IMG/VR virus record: IMGVR_UViG_3300037467_001182
Location: 1-28,233 of that record
Reading direction: 5' to 3' (one strand)
Length of the DNA: 28,233 nucleotides
Source: a virus
Lineage: Duplodnaviria; Caudoviricetes
Made by a program: the position numbers and the translations under genes. The notes under the pieces are model-generated. The model was not told the origin of the DNA, did no database searches, and saw only the letters and a program-made list of their open reading frames with translations. Each line of letters opens with the position of its first letter. The stretch's first letter is position 1. Below, one piece after another: positions 27,423 to 28,233 of the stretch.

Positions 27423-27778
27423 TGAGGTTGCGCCTCCTGCTGCGCACGGTTGAAGGCCTCGACGCGAGCACGAGTGTCATCAATGCTCTTCCAGGTTGCA
27501 GCAAGCTTTGACCTGCAGTCGTCACCGACTTCGAAGCTGTCAGCGATGAGCTGAGCAATCTCGTTATCGTTGCGGACCGGTCGACGTTCAAGACGAGCCA
27601 TGCACTCGCGCAGTGAGGGATCCGGCTCGGCGAATACTTGGACCGTGCGAGTGACGATCCTAATTTCCGGGTCGGGCCGGATGCCGCCCCCACAGGCGGT
27701 CAAGAGTGTCAGTGACGACAGGAGCAACAGCCGGACGACCGGGCTGTGCAGGCTGGGTTGGCGTGTTACGGATTGCAT
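27419..27778 (-). CDS. Rz1: Outer-membrane spanin lipoprotein (o-spanin)
   Basis: AGGAG 7 nt before ATG 27778, hydrophobic signal and lipobox LTAC, two further Cys, and overlap with the 3' end of the i-spanin gene. Confidence 0.75.
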   Translation of the reverse strand: MQSVTRQPSLHSPVVRLLLLSSLTLLTACGGGIRPDPEIRIVTRTVQVFAEPDPSLRECMARLERRPVRNDNEIAQLIADSFEVGDDCRSKLAATWKSIDDTRARVEAFNRAQQEAQPQ

Positions 27779-28136
27779 TGCCGATCTCCTTGTAGGTTGC
27801 TGCTCGAGCGGCCGCAGCTGCACGTTCTTCGCCGGCGATCCGCTCGTTGTTCGCCTCGATCTGTTGGTTCAACTGGCGCTGAGCCTCGTTGTCCTTGTTC
27901 GTTTGGATCAGTTGATCCCGTTGAGCCTCAAGTCGAACGTTCTTGGCCTTGAGCTGTTCGTTCTGAACCTCGAGCTCGTTGATATGGTCGAAGTGTCCCT
28001 TGATGGGCTTGACGACCAAGAACCACAACGCGGCAAGCAGAAGGACGACAACGCCGATCTGTATGCCTGTGGATAGTGCACCCTTGATGCCACGCTTTAG
28101 CAACCAAGGGCCGATGATTGGTAGAGCGAACCCCAT
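27660..28136 (-). CDS. Rz: Inner-membrane spanin (i-spanin)
   Basis: GGAGG RBS, one N-terminal TM helix, a long coiled coil, and an overlapping lipoprotein gene in another frame. Confidence 0.75.
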   Translation of the reverse strand: MGFALPIIGPWLLKRGIKGALSTGIQIGVVVLLLAALWFLVVKPIKGHFDHINELEVQNEQLKAKNVRLEAQRDQLIQTNKDNEAQRQLNQQIEANNERIAGEERAAAAARAATYKEIGNAIRNTPTQPAQPGRPAVAPVVTDTLDRLWGRHPARPGN

Positions 28137-28137
28137 G

Positions 28138-28233
28138 TTAACCTCCGATCTCTCGACTGTATAGCTCGTTGACCCACTTGACCAATGCGGGTGATGCCTT
28201 ATAGCCTCCTCCCCACACTGTCTCGATCTTTCC
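28138..28233 (-). CDS. C-terminal fragment of an OmpR/CtrA-like winged-helix DNA-binding protein (partial)
   Basis: Not in the ORF track. The open frame from the right edge reads GKIETVWGGGYKASPALVKWVNELYSREIGG* and stops 1 nt before the i-spanin ATG. Confidence 0.55.
   Translation of the reverse strand, partial: GKIETVWGGGYKASPALVKWVNELYSREIGG

Overview
This window is the virion-morphogenesis and lysis region of a tailed dsDNA phage or prophage with a long non-contractile (siphovirus-type) tail. It is GC-rich, and the host is Gram-negative (it encodes spanins), probably an alphaproteobacterium. The + strand order is: small and large terminase, portal, prohead protease/scaffold fusion, major capsid, a small post-capsid protein, head-tail adaptor, neck protein, tail terminator, tail tube, tail-assembly chaperone with a -1 frameshift extension, tape measure, a GTA-like tail tip (Dit, hub, NlpC/P60, central tail protein), an accessory fibre/adhesin module, holin and endolysin. 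The - strand carries a pyrimidine-dimer glycosylase-like gene on the left and an operon of a CtrA/OmpR-like winged-helix fragment, i-spanin, o-spanin and a J-domain protein on the right. Five signals stand out. (1) A twice-repeated module pairs a paralogous beta-rich protein with a partner carrying 17-residue tandem repeats; one partner is an optional N-terminal arm on the Dit. (2) A C-terminal extra domain on TerL resembles the small protein encoded after the capsid gene. (3) The tape measure contains a peptidase-M15-like domain. (4) CCG-tetraloop-CGG hairpins occur in both the capsid and tail-tube leaders. (5) The lysis cassette is split, with a J-domain gene coupled to the spanins. All family calls come from motif recognition and gene order, not database searches.
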